A stretch of DNA of 64,000 nucleotides from an uncultured delta proteobacterium (GTDB taxonomy: Bacteria; Myxococcota_A; Polyangia; Polyangiales; Polyangiaceae). The stretch covers positions 1 through 64,000 of the forward strand of contig CAWDXG010000004.1 of the NCBI GenBank assembly GCA_963806225.1. Reading direction: 5' to 3'. The position numbers and the translations under genes are program-made. The notes below the pieces were generated by a model that was not told where the DNA came from, did not search any database, and saw only the letters and a program-made list of their open reading frames with translations. This document shows, in pieces, positions 29,864 through 44,864 of the stretch (position 1 is its first letter; every line of letters starts with the position of its first letter).

Positions 29864-31141
29864 CCGAGGCTCCTTTTCGCCTGCACGCGGGCCGCGTCGA
29901 GCAGCTTCTGGGCGTTCTCGTGCGAGAGCACGGCGCTCTCCAGCCGCGGCTGCACGATCTCGCGCTGGATGCGGAACAGCTCGGCGGACCAGGGCCACGG
30001 CATGGCCACGCGCAGCTGCTCGTAGGCCACGTGGTCATTGGGATGGCGCTGGTAGTAGCCCTCGGCGTCGAGGCGCTGGACCGCAGCGCGGGTCACCGGC
30101 ATGTAGCCGGTGTTCGTCGCCCAGGTAATCACTTGCTCGGGCTCGAGCACCCAGCGCAGAAACGCCCACGCCGTCTGCTTCTGTTCCGCAGGCGCGCTCT
30201 CGACGATCACCCAGAACGTGCCGCCCGTCGGCACGGCGTGGCGCTGCCTGGCGGGCAGCGGCGCGGCAACCACGGGAAAGGGCGCGTTGTCCTCGAGGTA
30301 TTTCAGGAATGCCGTCGAGGTCCAGATCATGGCCGTGCGCCCGGCGAGATAGTCCTGGTTGGTCGCTTCCCAGGCGTTGTAGTCGCGGCCGGGCGGCGGC
30401 TTCATGCTGTGATCCTGCGACACCATGTGCTGCCACAGCTCGAGCGCCTCCACGCCGGCCGTCGCCGCCCAGCGAGACGCGGCCGTCGGGATCGACGACC
30501 TGGCCCCCGGCCTGGCCCACCAGCGCCACCCAGAACCACCAGTCGATGGGACAGCCGAAACCGTAGCGCGTGGTGCGGCCCCCGGAACGCACGGTAAGAG
30601 CGCGCGCCGCCTCGCGCAGCTCCTGCCACGTCGTCGGACGTGCGAGGCCGGACTTGTCGAACAGATCGCCGTTGAGATACGCGATCGGCGTGGAGCGGTT
30701 GAAGGGCAGGGCGACCAGGGGCCGCTTGTCGCCGCCGATCCACGAGCCGTCCTGGCCGAGCGCGGGAATCACGTCGAGGCCGCGCGCGCCGGGGTAGTCG
30801 TCGAGCTTTTCGAGCACCCCCGCGCCGGCGAGATACGGAACGACCTCGCCCACCACGTGGCTGAAGGCTGGACCGGCCTTGGCGGCGATGGCGGTGCGCA
30901 GCTTGGCTAGCGCCTCGAAGTAGTCGCCCTGGTAGACGGCGTGGATCCAGTGCACCGCCTGCGAGTGGTTGAAGCGGTGCACCAGCTGTTCGAGCACGCG
31001 GCGGTTGCGCCCGCCGTAGCTGAACCACAGGGACGCGACCTTGCGTCCGGGCGGCGCGTTCGTCGTGCTGCAGCCGAGCGCCGCGGTGCCGACGGCGGCC
31101 GCGCCGGCCTGCAGGAACTGCCGCCGCGTCTTCCTACCCAC
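29860..31141 (-). CDS. ABC substrate-binding lipoprotein (UgpB-like) with Tat signal; frameshift ~30455
   Basis: TRRQFL Tat motif plus ALGC lipobox; YQGDY, ALPFNRSTPIAYLN and TGYMPV. Confidence 0.88.
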
Positions 31142-31166
31142 CCGCCCACCCCCTCCGTACTCCTCC

Positions 31167-31222
31167 TCGAGGGGGCTCACCGCCCCTCGAGCACCCCGAC
31201 GCGCCTCGCTACGCTCGGCGCG
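31167..31222. repeat. REP-like paired hairpins in the intercistronic gap
   Basis: tcgagggg-gctcaccg-cccctcga and cgcgcc-tcgctacgctc-ggcgcg. Confidence 0.5.
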
Positions 31223-31245
31223 GGCTCGCCGTCGCTCGCCGGACT

Positions 31246-32340
<1,095 letters not shown>

Positions 32341-32437
32341 CGCGCGTGGTGTCTCCGTGTCGGCGGCGGGCTCGGATGGTATACGGGCCCCGCCGCATCC
32401 TAGTCGGAGGCGGCTCCGCTTTTCGAGTCACGTCCGC

Positions 32438-33729
32438 ATGAGGCTTTCCACCGCCGTCGCGCTGCTTGCGCTGGGCGCCGTAGCAGCGCTCGCCGGCCTG
32501 TCGGCCTGCCACTCCAGCCACCAGCAGCCGGCTCCCGCCGCACTCCGCCGGCGCGGCGTCCCGAGCCAGCTCGGCTGCCGCCCCGGCGGCTTCCGTGTCC
32601 AGTGCTCCGGCTTCGAGCGCCGCCCCGGCGGCTTCCGCGTCGGGCGCGCCGGCTTCAAGTGCCCCGGCGGCGACGAGCTGCCCGCCCGACATGAAGGCGA
32701 TCCCCGGCGCCACCTTCTGGGTGGGGTCACCGAGGGGCACCGGCTCGCACGAGGAGAGCCCGCGCTTCCAGACCAAGGTCGCCGACTTCTGCCTCGACAC
32801 CACCGAGGTCACGGTCGACGCCTACGAGGCCTGCGTGAAAACCGGCGCCTGCAAGCAGGCCTACGCCAAGCAGCACTCCTGCAACGTCCACCGGAAGGGT
32901 CACGGCGAGCATCCGATCAACTGCGTCGACTGGCACATGGCGCACGACTACTGCGCCTGGAAGCACCGCCGGCTTCCAACCGAAGTGGAGTGGGAGTACG
33001 CCGCAAGAGGCGGCACCGAGTACCGCAAGTACTCCTGGGGCAACCAGGAACCCGACGGCCGCACGTGCTGGAAGCACCCCGGCGGCTCGTGCCGGGTCAA
33101 GAGCTACGCGGCTGGCGCCTTCGGCCTCTTCGACATGACCGGCAACGTCTGGGAATGGACCAGCACCTGGTACGGGCCGTACCCGTGGCCGCCGGTGCAC
33201 TCGCCCACCAAGGTCTACCGCGGCGGAAGCTGGAGCCGGCGCTTCGACAAGTGGATGGACACCAAGCTGCGGGATCGCATGCCGCCGAACAAGTGGGGCT
33301 CGCACCTCGGCATTCCGCTGCGCGCTCACGCTGCCCGATACCCAATGCCCGTTCGGGCGCACCGCCGATGGTTCGCAGTGCCTGTTCAAGGTCACCACGA
33401 TGAATTGCGAGCGTGGGCTTGGATGGAACGGAATGCGCTGCGCGCGCAAGGGCGAGCCGGACTGCAACAAGGGCTGGGTCGAGAAGCCGGGGCACGGCTG
33501 CGAGCTCGCCGTGCCGGTGAAGCGGAAGTTCACGCCGGTCGATACCAGCGGCGTGACGCGCTCGCGCTCCCCGGAGTTCGACCCGGACTGTCACAAGTAC
33601 TACCCTGGGCGCCCCGAAGCCTTTCGCTACTCGGGCGGCACGCACGCCGCCCGCAACATCGTGAGCGGGAAATCCGGATGCAAGAATCGCGACGTAGGAG
33701 TGGGATGGAACTCGTGCTGCTGCCCCTGA
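32438..33729 (+). CDS. FGE-sulfatase (SUMF1) domain lipoprotein with Cys-rich C-terminal extension (frameshifts)
   Basis: Lipobox LSAC; CPPDM, DTTEVT, HPINCVDW, RLPTEVEWEYAARG, GLFDMTGNVWEW and RGGSW. Confidence 0.88.
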
Positions 33730-33762
33730 GGCGGAGCCTGCCGCTGGCGCTCGGCGCGGCGT

Positions 33763-34611
33763 GTGACCGCAGCCTGTGGTGGGGCCACGCCCGCCGCCGC
33801 CGCTCCGACCTCCGCCGAGGCCGCGCCGGCCCTCGTCGAGCACCAGAGCGCCGAGTCGACGGCTGGCGCAGGGCAGGGCACCGCGGCGCCGATCAAGAGC
33901 ACGCCCAGGACGCCGGCAGCCGCTAGAGCTGCCAAAGCCGCCAAAGCCGCGGACACGACCGACAAGACGGATCCGGCCAAGGCGGACAACAAGTCGGCGC
34001 AACAGGACGCCGACACGCCTCCGCCGCCGCTGCCCAAGGGCACCACCGTGCTGCACATCGGCGACTCCTTCGCCGGCGCGCTCGGTATCGAGCTCGACAA
34101 GCAGCTCAAGGCGCCAGGGCGTCCGCGGCATCCTGCGCTACAAGACCGCGAGCTACATTCCGGAGTGGGCGTACAAGGGCAAGGTGCGGCAGTACGTCGC
34201 GCAGTACAAGCCTGACCTCGTGCTCATCACGCTCGGCGCCAACGAGCTCAAGATCGTCGAAGCCGGAACAGCGCATCCATGCCATCAAGAAGCTCGTGGG
34301 CGAGCTGGGCGGGCGGCCGTGCGTGTGGGTCGGCGTGCCGCTCTGGAGCGGAGCGCACAACGATCTACTCGACGTGATCCGCGACAACGCGGGGCCCTGT
34401 CGCTTCCTCGACAGCACGCGCCTGTTCCCGGACATGCCGCGCGTCCACGATCACATCCACCCGACGATGAACGCGCGCCACGAGTGGGCCAAGCGCGTCA
34501 TCGAGTGGCTTGCGCGGCGAGCGCGTTCCCGACGGTGACAAGCCCTGGCAGCTGAAGCCAGCTCCCGCCAATCCACTGCCGCTCGCCGACGCTCCGCCGA
34601 AGAAGAAGTAG
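33763..34611 (+). CDS. SGNH/GDSL-type hydrolase or O-acyltransferase lipoprotein (frameshifts; start approximate)
   Basis: LHIGDSF (block I), LVLITLGANE (block III) and DHIHP (block V). Confidence 0.72.
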
Positions 34612-34742
34612 GGGGAGGGGGTGCCCTCCGCGCTGGGCGTCGCTTGACGTTGCGCCGTGCTCGCTTCGCTGCGCGCGGCGCGTGGTCCCAAACGCGCGGC
34701 TCCGCCGCGCGCGGGCCCACAACGCCGGGCTGCCAGGACCCG

Positions 34743-35449
34743 CTAGCGGTCGGCCAGCAGCCGTGCGGCGCCCAGGCCGAGCAGCAGCCCGGCCAGGCCG
34801 CCGGCGGCCATCGAGACGAATACGCCGGCCAACACGGCGTTGAAGGGATCGGCGAGGTCGTAGTGCGCGGGCAGGTACAACGACAGCGCGACCGTCATGC
34901 CGACCCAAGGCGCGAAGCGCGTGAGGATCCCGCGGCGCGCCGCGATCGCTTCCACGACCACGGCACCGAGCGCCAGCACCACCAGGAACAGCCCCGCCGG
35001 CAGAGCGGGCAGGGCGGGCACGCTGCCCGGGAACAGTGCGTGCGAGACGGACAGCTCGGAGCCGAGCAGCACGAGCCCGCCGAGCGCAAACGCCGCCCGG
35101 CGCAGCTTCGGGTGGGCGTCGCGGAGCGGTAGCGCGCCCATCACCACGGCCACCAGCGGCAGCCCCAGCGCGACGATCGTTCGCCTCGTAGGGTCGCGAA
35201 GCCTCGAAGCGCGTCCCGGCGAAGAGCAGCACCGCCACCCCCGCAAGGATCGGGATGCGCCAGCGGTCCATGAACTCCTCGAGCGCGTCGTCGTCGCCGT
35301 TGGCCAGCGCCGGTCCGGCGTCGAACTCGACCTCGGGCGCGAGATCGGCGAGGCGCCGCGCGGCGCGGCGCTCCTGGCGGCGACGGCGGGCGTCGTCTCG
35401 CGCGGCGTCCCGGTGCGCGCGGGCGGCCGGGGGAGGGCTGGTCGCTCAT
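34743..35449 (-). CDS. Hypothetical integral membrane protein (frameshifted)
   Basis: About six hydrophobic segments spread over ORFs 34498-35271 and 34743-35540. Confidence 0.55.
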
Positions 35450-35528
35450 TGGATGGGGCCCGGACAGCTGGCCGGGCCCGCGCCTGATCTGACTCCGCCC
35501 GCCCTCCCGCGCAAGCGCGCTCCGGACC

Positions 35529-35604
35529 TGGTGACCCCACCGGGACTCGAACCCGCGGTTACCGGCGTGAGAGGCCGATGTCCTAACCGCTAGACGATGG
35601 GGCC
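35529..35604 (-). tRNA. tRNA-Glu (anticodon CTC)
   Basis: GGCCCCA...GGTTCGAGTCC...TGGGGTCACCA; anticodon arm TCGGC-ctCTCac-GCCGG; CCA encoded. Confidence 0.96.
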
Positions 35605-35640
35605 AGTGCCGACCCGCTTCTGGTCTCGGGCGGCGATTTG

Positions 35641-35711
35641 CTGGGGAACAAGGATTCGAACCTAGATAACAAGAACCAGAATCTTGTGTCCTGCCGTTAG
35701 ACGATTCCCCA
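35641..35711 (-). tRNA. tRNA-Gln (anticodon CTG)
   Basis: TGGGGAA...GGTTCGAATCC...TTCCCCAG; anticodon arm CAAGA-ttCTGgt-TCTTG; no encoded CCA. Confidence 0.94.
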
Positions 35712-35965
35712 AAGGGGAAGCACCGTCCGGGCCGGGGAGGCCACCGGACGTGCCCGACGGCCCACGAGGAGCCGGCGGGGCCCGGGTTCCTATCGTCTAA
35801 TCGCTGTGGCGATGCAAGGGGGAGCGTCGATTTACTGCCCGGTGGCAGCAGGGGCTTGATTCCCGGCCGTGATTGACATAAGTTCCGCGGCCGAAACAGT
35901 ATTTCCGCCCCGTGCCGCGCCCTCCGCTGCTCCGGCCGGCGGTTCATCCCAAGGAGAGCCATCTC

Positions 35966-37677
<1,712 letters not shown>

Positions 37678-37822
37678 GCCGGCCGGCGCACGACGGCTTT
37701 GACCGCCTCGCCGCCGCCGGGATAGACTGGCACCCAGATGACGGCACTCCCGGTTCTCCCGCGTCCGGTCCGAGCCCGGCGTGCCGTCGACATGCCTCCG
37801 ACCGGCCACGTGGAGCGGGCGC

Positions 37823-38592
37823 ATGGAGCTCCGCGTAATCGGCTGCCACGGGGGCGAGACGCCGCGGCACCGCACCAGTGCGTTCGTCCTGGACGAGCGC
37901 CTGGCGGTCGATGCGGGCTCGCTCACCAGCGGGCTCGACCTGAAGTCGCAGTTCCGGCTGTCGGGGTGCGTGGTCAGCCACGCGCACCTCGACCACATCC
38001 GCGACCTGGCCACCATCGCCGACAACCGCTGCCAGGCGGAGTGCGATCCGCTGGTCGTCGCCGCCACGCGGGGCACCATCCAGGCGCTGAAGAAGCACTT
38101 CTTCAACAACCTGATCTGGCCGGATTTCTCGGAAATCCCGAACAAGACGCGCCCGACCATCCGCTTCGTCGAGCTCAAACCCGAGAAAGCCGCACGGTCA
38201 TCGGCGACTACAGCGTGCGAAGCGTGATGGTCAGCCACACCATCGAGTCCGCCGGCTTCATCATCCAGGGCCCGGACGCGACCGTCGCGTACAGCGGCGA
38301 CACCGGACCCACCGACCGCCTCTGGGAGCTCCTGCGCCAGGAGCAGAACCTCAAGGCGCTGCTCATGGAAGTGAGCTTCCCGAACCGCGAGCAGAAGCTC
38401 GCGACGGTCAGCGGCCACCACACGCCGCGGACGCTCGCCAAGGACCTGAAGAAGTTCGGCAAGCCGCAGGACCTGCCGACGCTGCTCTATCACATCAAGC
38501 CGGTGTTCCAGAGCGAGGTCGAGCAGGAGTGCGCCAGGCTGCGCGGCGTGAACCTGACCGTCATGGGTCTCGGCGACCACTTCGTGCTCTGA
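37823..38592 (+). CDS. Metallo-beta-lactamase-fold (class II-like) 3',5'-cyclic-nucleotide phosphodiesterase (frameshift ~38185)
   Basis: [50 protein letters not shown] and YHIKP. Confidence 0.85.
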
Positions 38593-38775
38593 GGCTCCGT
38601 CGCCGCACGGACGCCCGTGGCTCCGGGCTCCTGTCGCGACGTGACGCGCCGGCGGTGCGCGTCGATTATCGGTTCCGGGGCTCTGCCTGGGGGGCCTGGC
38701 AGCCGCTGGGCCCGGTTTTCCGGCCCGATACCGCAGTCTTTCCACGGCCCAGCCCACAGCCGCGCCCACCCCATG

Positions 38776-38803
38776 AGTTAACATAATGTATCTTATGCGA
38801 AGT
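38776..38803 (-). other. dif site (XerC/XerD chromosome dimer resolution site)
   Basis: Minus strand ACTTCGCATAA-GATACA-TTATGTTAACT, an 11-6-11 layout resembling E. coli dif (GGTGCGCATAA-TGTATA-TTATGTTAAAT). It is an AT-rich island between convergent genes. Confidence 0.92.
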
Positions 38804-38935
38804 CGATAATGCCGGGATCGGGGCACGGCGTGGTCGCCCGCGATGGTGCCCTGGCGCCCGTCCCTGCGCGGTCGGAGCGTGGCGGCACGACGTAATCCCG
38901 GCCTCGAGCAGCGCTGCCTGCCGGCGCGGCGCGGT

Positions 38936-40193
38936 CTAGCCGGAGAGCGGCGGCGGCGTGACGTAGATGCCGAGCAGATTGCCGCCGTTGGTCACGACGA
39001 ACGCGCGACGCCCGTACGCCGCCGGCGTCATCGAGATGCCGTCGCCGGTGCCGAAGCCGTCAATCAAGCTGCCGTCGATCGGGCTGAGCAGATACAGGCC
39101 GAGCTTGGTGCTCGACATCATCAGCGCGCCTTCAACGGGCACCGGCGCGGACACGCCTCCGGCCGGTAGCGTCTGGCGCCAGACATCGCGGCCCGTCTCC
39201 GGATCGAGCGCCCACAGCCCCGTGGTGCCGCTGGATGCCAGAAGCAGCCTGCGCGCCGGCAGCATTGGACCCTGGCCGCTGCGTGGTGGATGCGCCGGCT
39301 GGCTCCAGAACGTGAGCTCGCTGACCCCGCGCACCGCGGGATTGGCCCAGACCTGCGTCCCGGTGTCCGCCGACAGCGCGTAGGCGCCGCCCTCGTAGCT
39401 GGCCACGAAGACCACCGCGCCGGCGTCGATCTCCTGGCCCACGGGCGTGGTGTCCACGTCGAGATACTGCGGCACCTCGCCGAGCGTCTGCTCGGCCTCG
39501 GCCGCGAGATCCACGGGCTGCCACGCCTCGTCGCCCGTGTTGGCGTCGAACGCGGTTACGGTGCCGTCGCTGAAACCGGCGTACACCTTGCCGCGCCACA
39601 CCAGCGGCCCGGCGTAGCCCGCGATTTCCATGCCCATCGCCGGCGTGCGATGCTGGCTCCAGAGGCGCTTGCCGGTGTGCGGATCCAGCGCCAGTACCGT
39701 GTCGTTCGCGTTGACGACGTATAGCTTGCCGCCCGCCAGCACCGGTTGGCGCGAGACCTCCGCGTTGCTGTTGAAGCGCCAGATGCAGATGGCCGTCCTG
39801 CGCCCTCACCTTGTACAGCGCACCGTCGTTCGAGCCGAAATAGACGACGTCTTCCTGGGAGTCGTACAGCGGATGGCACTGCACGAAGCCAAGCGTCTCG
39901 AAGCGCCATAGCGCGTGGCCGTCGTCGGCGCTGAGCGCGTACAGACCGTTGTCGCTCGAGCCGACGAAGACGCGGCGATGCACGACGTCGAGCTCCGGCT
40001 GTCCGCGCTCGTACGGCTCGCCGCGATGGCGCGACGGCGCGACGATGTTCCGCGAATACACCACTTTCATCGACCAGCTGGGCCGGTGCACCCATGTCGG
40101 CAGCTCGGGGTTGGCGCCCGAGCGGATCGACGCGCAGCCGCCCAGGATGGCCGCCGAGAACAACAGCGCGCCGCCGAGCCTTGCGACCCTCAT
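38936..40193 (-). CDS. bamB: PQQ-like beta-propeller lipoprotein (BamB-like); frameshift ~39785
   Basis: Lipobox LGGC; repeated G.LYAL...G...W blades; immediately downstream of a yfgM-like gene. Confidence 0.72.
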
Positions 40194-41668
40194 GGCGCGG
40201 AGCCTGCCGGTGCCGGCGCAGGCGTCGGCTTCTGCTCCGGCGCGGGCGCTTTCGGCTTCGCTGTCTTTTCCGGCGCGGGCGCTTTCGGCTTCGCTGTCTT
40301 TTCCGGCGCGGGCGCTTTCGGCTTCACTGTCTTTTCCGGCGCGGGCGTCTCGTCCGGCGCCGCCGCCTTCGAGGTGTCGTCCGGCGCGGGCGCTGGAGCC
40401 TGCTCGGCAGGCCCGGGCGCGCCCTTGGGCGCGGGCGGCAACTTCATCCCCATCTTCTGCATCAGCTCCTTGAGCTTGGTGGGGTCCTGCTTGATCTGCT
40501 CGCGCAGCTTCTGGATCTGCTGCGGCGTGAGCTGCATTCCCGGGCCCTCGGGCGCTGGTGCGGCGGACGGATTGATCGTCTGCATCAGCTGCGTGCTCAT
40601 GGTGGCGAGATAGCTGTTCTGCGGATACGGCGAGTCGGTGTCCGAGAGCTTCTTCTGCACTTTCTGCAGCAGCTTCTGCGCCTGGTCCTTGGCACCCTTC
40701 AGGTACGCGACCCGCGCCTGGTGGTAGAGCGCCAGCGAGGTCAGCCCCGGCACGCCCATGTTTTCCAGCTCGCGGTAGGCCTTGGCTGCTGCGTCGAGCT
40801 TCTTGTCGGCTTCGAGGCACATGCCGATGCCCTCGATTGAACGCCCCTTCACGTCCGTGTCGTGTTTGGCAAGCGCGCTGCCCTTGACCGACTCGTAGTC
40901 CTTCTGTGCCGCACCGAACTTGCCCTGGTCGTACTCCACTCCCGCCAATCCCAGCGTGGCCAGGATCGACGTACCCGAGCCCTTCGCGACGGTTGCGGCC
41001 GCCTGGTAGGACTTCTCGGCAGCCTGGTTGCGCGCCTTGGCGGTCGGGAACGTCTTGCGCGGGTCGAAATCGGCCTCGGGCCCACTCGCCTCTTCACCGG
41101 GCAGCTTGGCGGCCTCGTCCTCGACGGCGGCGATGAGCTTGTCGGACGCCTTCTCGATCTGCTTCGTGTGGCGCCACGAGTAGATCTCCCAGCCGATGCC
41201 CCCGGCGATCAGCGCCACGACCACCCACTGCACGATATTGAAGTGGTCCTTGACCCAGTTCGTGGTGGTCTGCGTCCAGCGGGCGAGCGCGTCGTCGACC
41301 ATCTCGCCGGCGGCCAGCCCCTGATCGCGTTCGCGGCGACGCGCGGCGGCGCGCTCGCGGATCCGCTCGTTTCGATCGCGGATGCGATCCGGCTCGCCAG
41401 AGCGCTTCCTCTTTTTCTTCTTCTTGCGCGGCGCGGGGCGCGGGCGCGCGGGCTTGTCCTCGTCGTCCGCCTCCGCGGCGGAGGCTGCCTCCTCTTCCTG
41501 GCTGCCGTCTTCCGCGTCTTCCGCGGATCCGTCCGCGTCGGGCTCTCCGCCCGCCTCCGCTTCGTCTGCGGATGCTTCGGCGGCTTCGCTGCCCTCCGTG
41601 GCCTCGTTGGCGTCCTGCTCTTCGCGGCGCCGCGCGCGCCGTGAGCGTCGTGTTTCCTTGTCTACCAC
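40190..41668 (-). CDS. YfgM-like single-pass TPR protein with acidic N-terminal and Pro/Lys-rich C-terminal extensions
   Basis: One TM helix (WVVVALIAGGIGW), then TPR helices (LAGVEYDQGKFGAA, ARVAYLKG); yfgM-bamB gene order. Confidence 0.68.
   Translation of the reverse strand: MVDKETRRSRRARRREEQDANEATEGSEAAEASADEAEAGGEPDADGSAEDAEDGSQEEEAASAAEADDEDKPARPRPAPRKKKKKRKRSGEPDRIRDRNERIRERAAARRRERDQGLAAGEMVDDALARWTQTTTNWVKDHFNIVQWVVVALIAGGIGWEIYSWRHTKQIEKASDKLIAAVEDEAAKLPGEEASGPEADFDPRKTFPTAKARNQAAEKSYQAAATVAKGSGTSILATLGLAGVEYDQGKFGAAQKDYESVKGSALAKHDTDVKGRSIEGIGMCLEADKKLDAAAKAYRELENMGVPGLTSLALYHQARVAYLKGAKDQAQKLLQKVQKKLSDTDSPYPQNSYLATMSTQLMQTINPSAAPAPEGPGMQLTPQQIQKLREQIKQDPTKLKELMQKMGMKLPPAPKGAPGPAEQAPAPAPDDTSKAAAPDETPAPEKTVKPKAPAPEKTAKPKAPAPEKTAKPKAPAPEQKPTPAPAPAGSAP
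40236..40347. repeat. 33-nt tandem repeat (~3.4 copies) within a coding region
   Basis: tccggcgcgggcgctttcggcttcgctgtcttt at 40236, 40269 and 40302 (one mismatch); encodes KTAKPKAPAPE. Confidence 0.93.
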
Positions 41669-41725
41669 CGGCGCCTCTATACCACCGCTCGCGCGCCCAT
41701 CGATGCTTTCGCGCGGAGATTCGCC

Positions 41726-44700
41726 CTATCGCCCGCCGGCGTCCGGATCCGTCGCGCCCGCGTCCCGGCCCGGCGTCCAGGGCTTGGGCGCGGGGGGCGG
41801 AAGCTCGTCGGCGAGCGGAACCAGAGCCAGCGCCTCCACCTCCACCTGGTGGTCGGCGAACACCACCAGCCGCATGGCGCGCCCCGGCCGGGCGCCCATC
41901 GAGGCCGGCAGCACGCCCGCGACCTCGACCGGCTTGTCGCTCGCAGGCAGCTTCAGGGAGAGGCTGTGACTGGAGTCGATTCTCGGGAGATTATGCGACT
42001 TTATCGCCTCGCCCTTCGAGTTGTATCTGACCTGCGAGAGCGGTAGCCCGATGTGCACTTCGCCCTTCTGCCGACCGTCGGTGTGGGCCCGGACCAGCGC
42101 CCGGACTCCCTTTCCGTTGCCGCCCGGCGGGACCACAACCATCAGCGCGACGCCCAGCTCGCTCTGGCGACGCAGCTTGTCCAGGGCATGCTTCGACGGG
42201 CCGCCGATGTTCTCGAGGATGCCGGCCTGGGTGGCGAAGCCCAGGCCGCCAGCGAGTGGATCCGGCACGCCGAGCCAATGCACCAGCGGTCGGGCGATCT
42301 CGGCGCCCGACCCGAGCTGGACGAGTGCCCGCGTGATCGCGACCCGGGCGCTCTGGTAGCGCTCGTGCTCGAGGGCCTTGGAAAGGGGGCCGCGCGCCGA
42401 GTCGTCTCCGATCTTCGCCAGCGCTGCCGCGATGTACGGCCTCAGCCTCACGTCGCCCAGCGACTGCACCAGCGGCCAGACGGCGTCCTTGTCCTTGATG
42501 TCCGCCAGCGCTTCCAGCAGCTGTCGCGAGCGCTCGTAGTCGCGGGCCTTCTTGTCCTTCCACCATGCGACCAGCGTGGCCCCACCCCGTCGGTCGCCCG
42601 ACTCGGCCAGCGCCAGGGCGGCCAGGCGACGCCAGTGCTGGTCGTCGGACTTGGCCAGCTCGTAGGCCAGCGGCGCCCCCTGCCCCAGCCGCGTCAGCGC
42701 CAGCGCGCACCAGCGCTTCACGTCGGGGTCCTCGTCACGACCCAGCGCGAGCCTGAGCGCGGGCGCGGTCTCCGGGCGACGGAGCTCGAAGAGCAACTCG
42801 GCCGCCTTGCGCCGGATCGCCGGATCCGCGTCGTCCAGGAGCGCCGCGATGTCGCGGGCAGCGTCTCCGTCGCCGGCCACGCCCCGCAGAATGGGCGCGG
42901 GCCAGTCCTTGCCTTCGGCGCGCAGTCCGCGCACCTCGTAGCGCCCGTGCGAGGCATTGAGCTGGCGCAGCCGCTTGCGCATCTGCTTGAAGCGCTCGGG
43001 GTGCTCGTGACGCGCGTCGTGCCGCTCCTCGGGGTCGGACGACAGATCGAACAGCCTGCACGCGCCGATCCTGCGCTGGCAGATCAAGCGGTACTTTCCC
43101 TCGGCGAGCAGCGACTGCTGGTCCGTCTCGGCCAGGGCCAGCCCTGCGCCCGGCTTTCGCTTGCCGGCGATCAGCGCTCCCAGGTCGCGTCCACGCACGC
43201 GCGGCGGGCGCGGGATGTCCAGCGCCCCGAGCAGCGTCGGCAGGATGTCGATGGTCTGGACCACCTCGCCGACGCGACGGGGCGTCTTCACGCCCGGCAG
43301 CGACATCACCAGCGGAACGCGGACCTGCTCCTCGTACACACTCGTGCCGTGGTAGTGGCCGCCGTGATCGCCGAACTCCTCGCCGTGATCGGCAGTGACG
43401 ATCACCGCGGTGCCTGGCCTGCGCTGGCGGAAACCGCGGACGAGCTGGCCGACGGTATCGTCCGCGAAGGCGATCTCCGAGTCGTAGCGGTCGATGTCGC
43501 GGTCGCCGAAATCGTGCCCCTTGTGCGCCTCGTACGGTTCGTGCGGCGCGAACAGGTGCACCCAAACGAACAGGTGCTGGTCGCCTTTCTCGCCGTCGAG
43601 GTAGTGCATCACCTGCGACACGCGACCCGCGCCCTCCTTGAACTCGACCTTGGCGTACTCGAACCCGAGGTGCGTCTTCTTGAAGGTGGTGAAGCGATCC
43701 GGATCGATGAAGAAGACCGCGGGGGGGTAGAACGCCGCAGTGCGATAGCCATAGGTTCTGAGCAGCGACGCCCAGGTGTCCGAGTCCTCCCCCGCGCCCT
43801 GGAGCAACAGCGGTCGCATGTACTTGCCGGTCATCATCGAGGTGACCGAGTACGACGTGTGCGGGGTCGGACAGTAGGCGTGCGTGAAGATGACGCCCTG
43901 CTTCGCCAGCGCGTCGATGTGGGGTGTCGTGTTGCGCTTGTAGCCGTACGCGCCCACGTGATCGGCGCGCAGGGCGTCGACGCTGATGAACAGGATGTCG
44001 CGCTTGCCGAGGTCGAGCGGGCGGGCCGAGCCGCGCGGCCCAGGGGCGACGCAGCCCGGGTCGAGCATCGGGTCGCAGCCGCTGTCGGCGCTGGCTAGCG
44101 GTGGGGGTGGCGCGAGCTCCGCTGCTAGCCGCACGCCGGGGCCCAGAAGCGGCGCCCGCTCCAGCAGCAGCAGGCGGAAGTTATCGAAGTGGGCCAGCCT
44201 CGCCGCAGCCGGGCGCGCCACAGCCAGCGCGATCAGCGCGACCAGGGCCGGCAGGGCGGGCCCTGCCCAGCGCCGCCAGCCCGTCGCTCGCGTCGGGGTC
44301 CGTGACGGCGCCGGCACGGCGAGCGCCAGCCACGGCGCGGCAAGCAGCGCGAGCGCGGCCAGCCCGTAGTGGAACGCCGGGTACAGCCTCACCAGCACGA
44401 AGCGGTTTCCGAGCTCGAGGATCACGATCAGCACTGCTGCCGCCAGGGCGAGCGCTGTGGGCCGGGTCACGCGCCAGCGCGCGAGCGCGGGGCCCGCCGC
44501 ATACGCGGCCGCTGCGGCGAGCGCGGCAGCGCCCAGCGCAAATCCGCCGCGGGTGGCCGGCGTCGCCAGGTGCCGGCCACCGCCGACGCCCCACGCGACC
44601 GCGGCGGCGCCCAGTGCGGCCATTGCCGCCAGGAGCCGCCGGACCCAGGGCTCGTCCGCGCGCCCTGCCAGCCACAGCACGAGCCCCCCTGCCCCGCCGA

Positions 44701-44864
44701 GCACGGCGCCGGCCAGCAGCGCGACCGGCGAAAGCCACAGCGTGCGCGAACTGTAGCTCCCACACGCTGGCAATGCGCGCGTGGGAGAACGCCGCGACGA
44801 CGATCAGCTCCAGGGCTATCACTGCCCAGGCGGCGAGCACGGAGCGAGCCAGATGCCGGGTCAT
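41726..44864 (-). CDS. Membrane-bound sulfatase-like hydrolase/transferase with C-terminal HEAT repeats (frameshift ~44750)
   Basis: N-terminal TM helices; ISVDALRADH, PTPHTSYS, HLFAPHEPY, TADHGEEFGDHGGHYHG; HEAT-like repeats. Confidence 0.85.

Noticed and set aside
35529..35711. tRNA-anchored genomic island or prophage attachment site
   Set aside because: There is no integrase nearby, and I saw no duplicated tRNA 3' end in the window.
35873..35905. Sigma-70 promoter for groL (TTGACA at 35873)
   Set aside because: No convincing -10 box at the proper spacing and no CIRCE element, so it cannot be supported.
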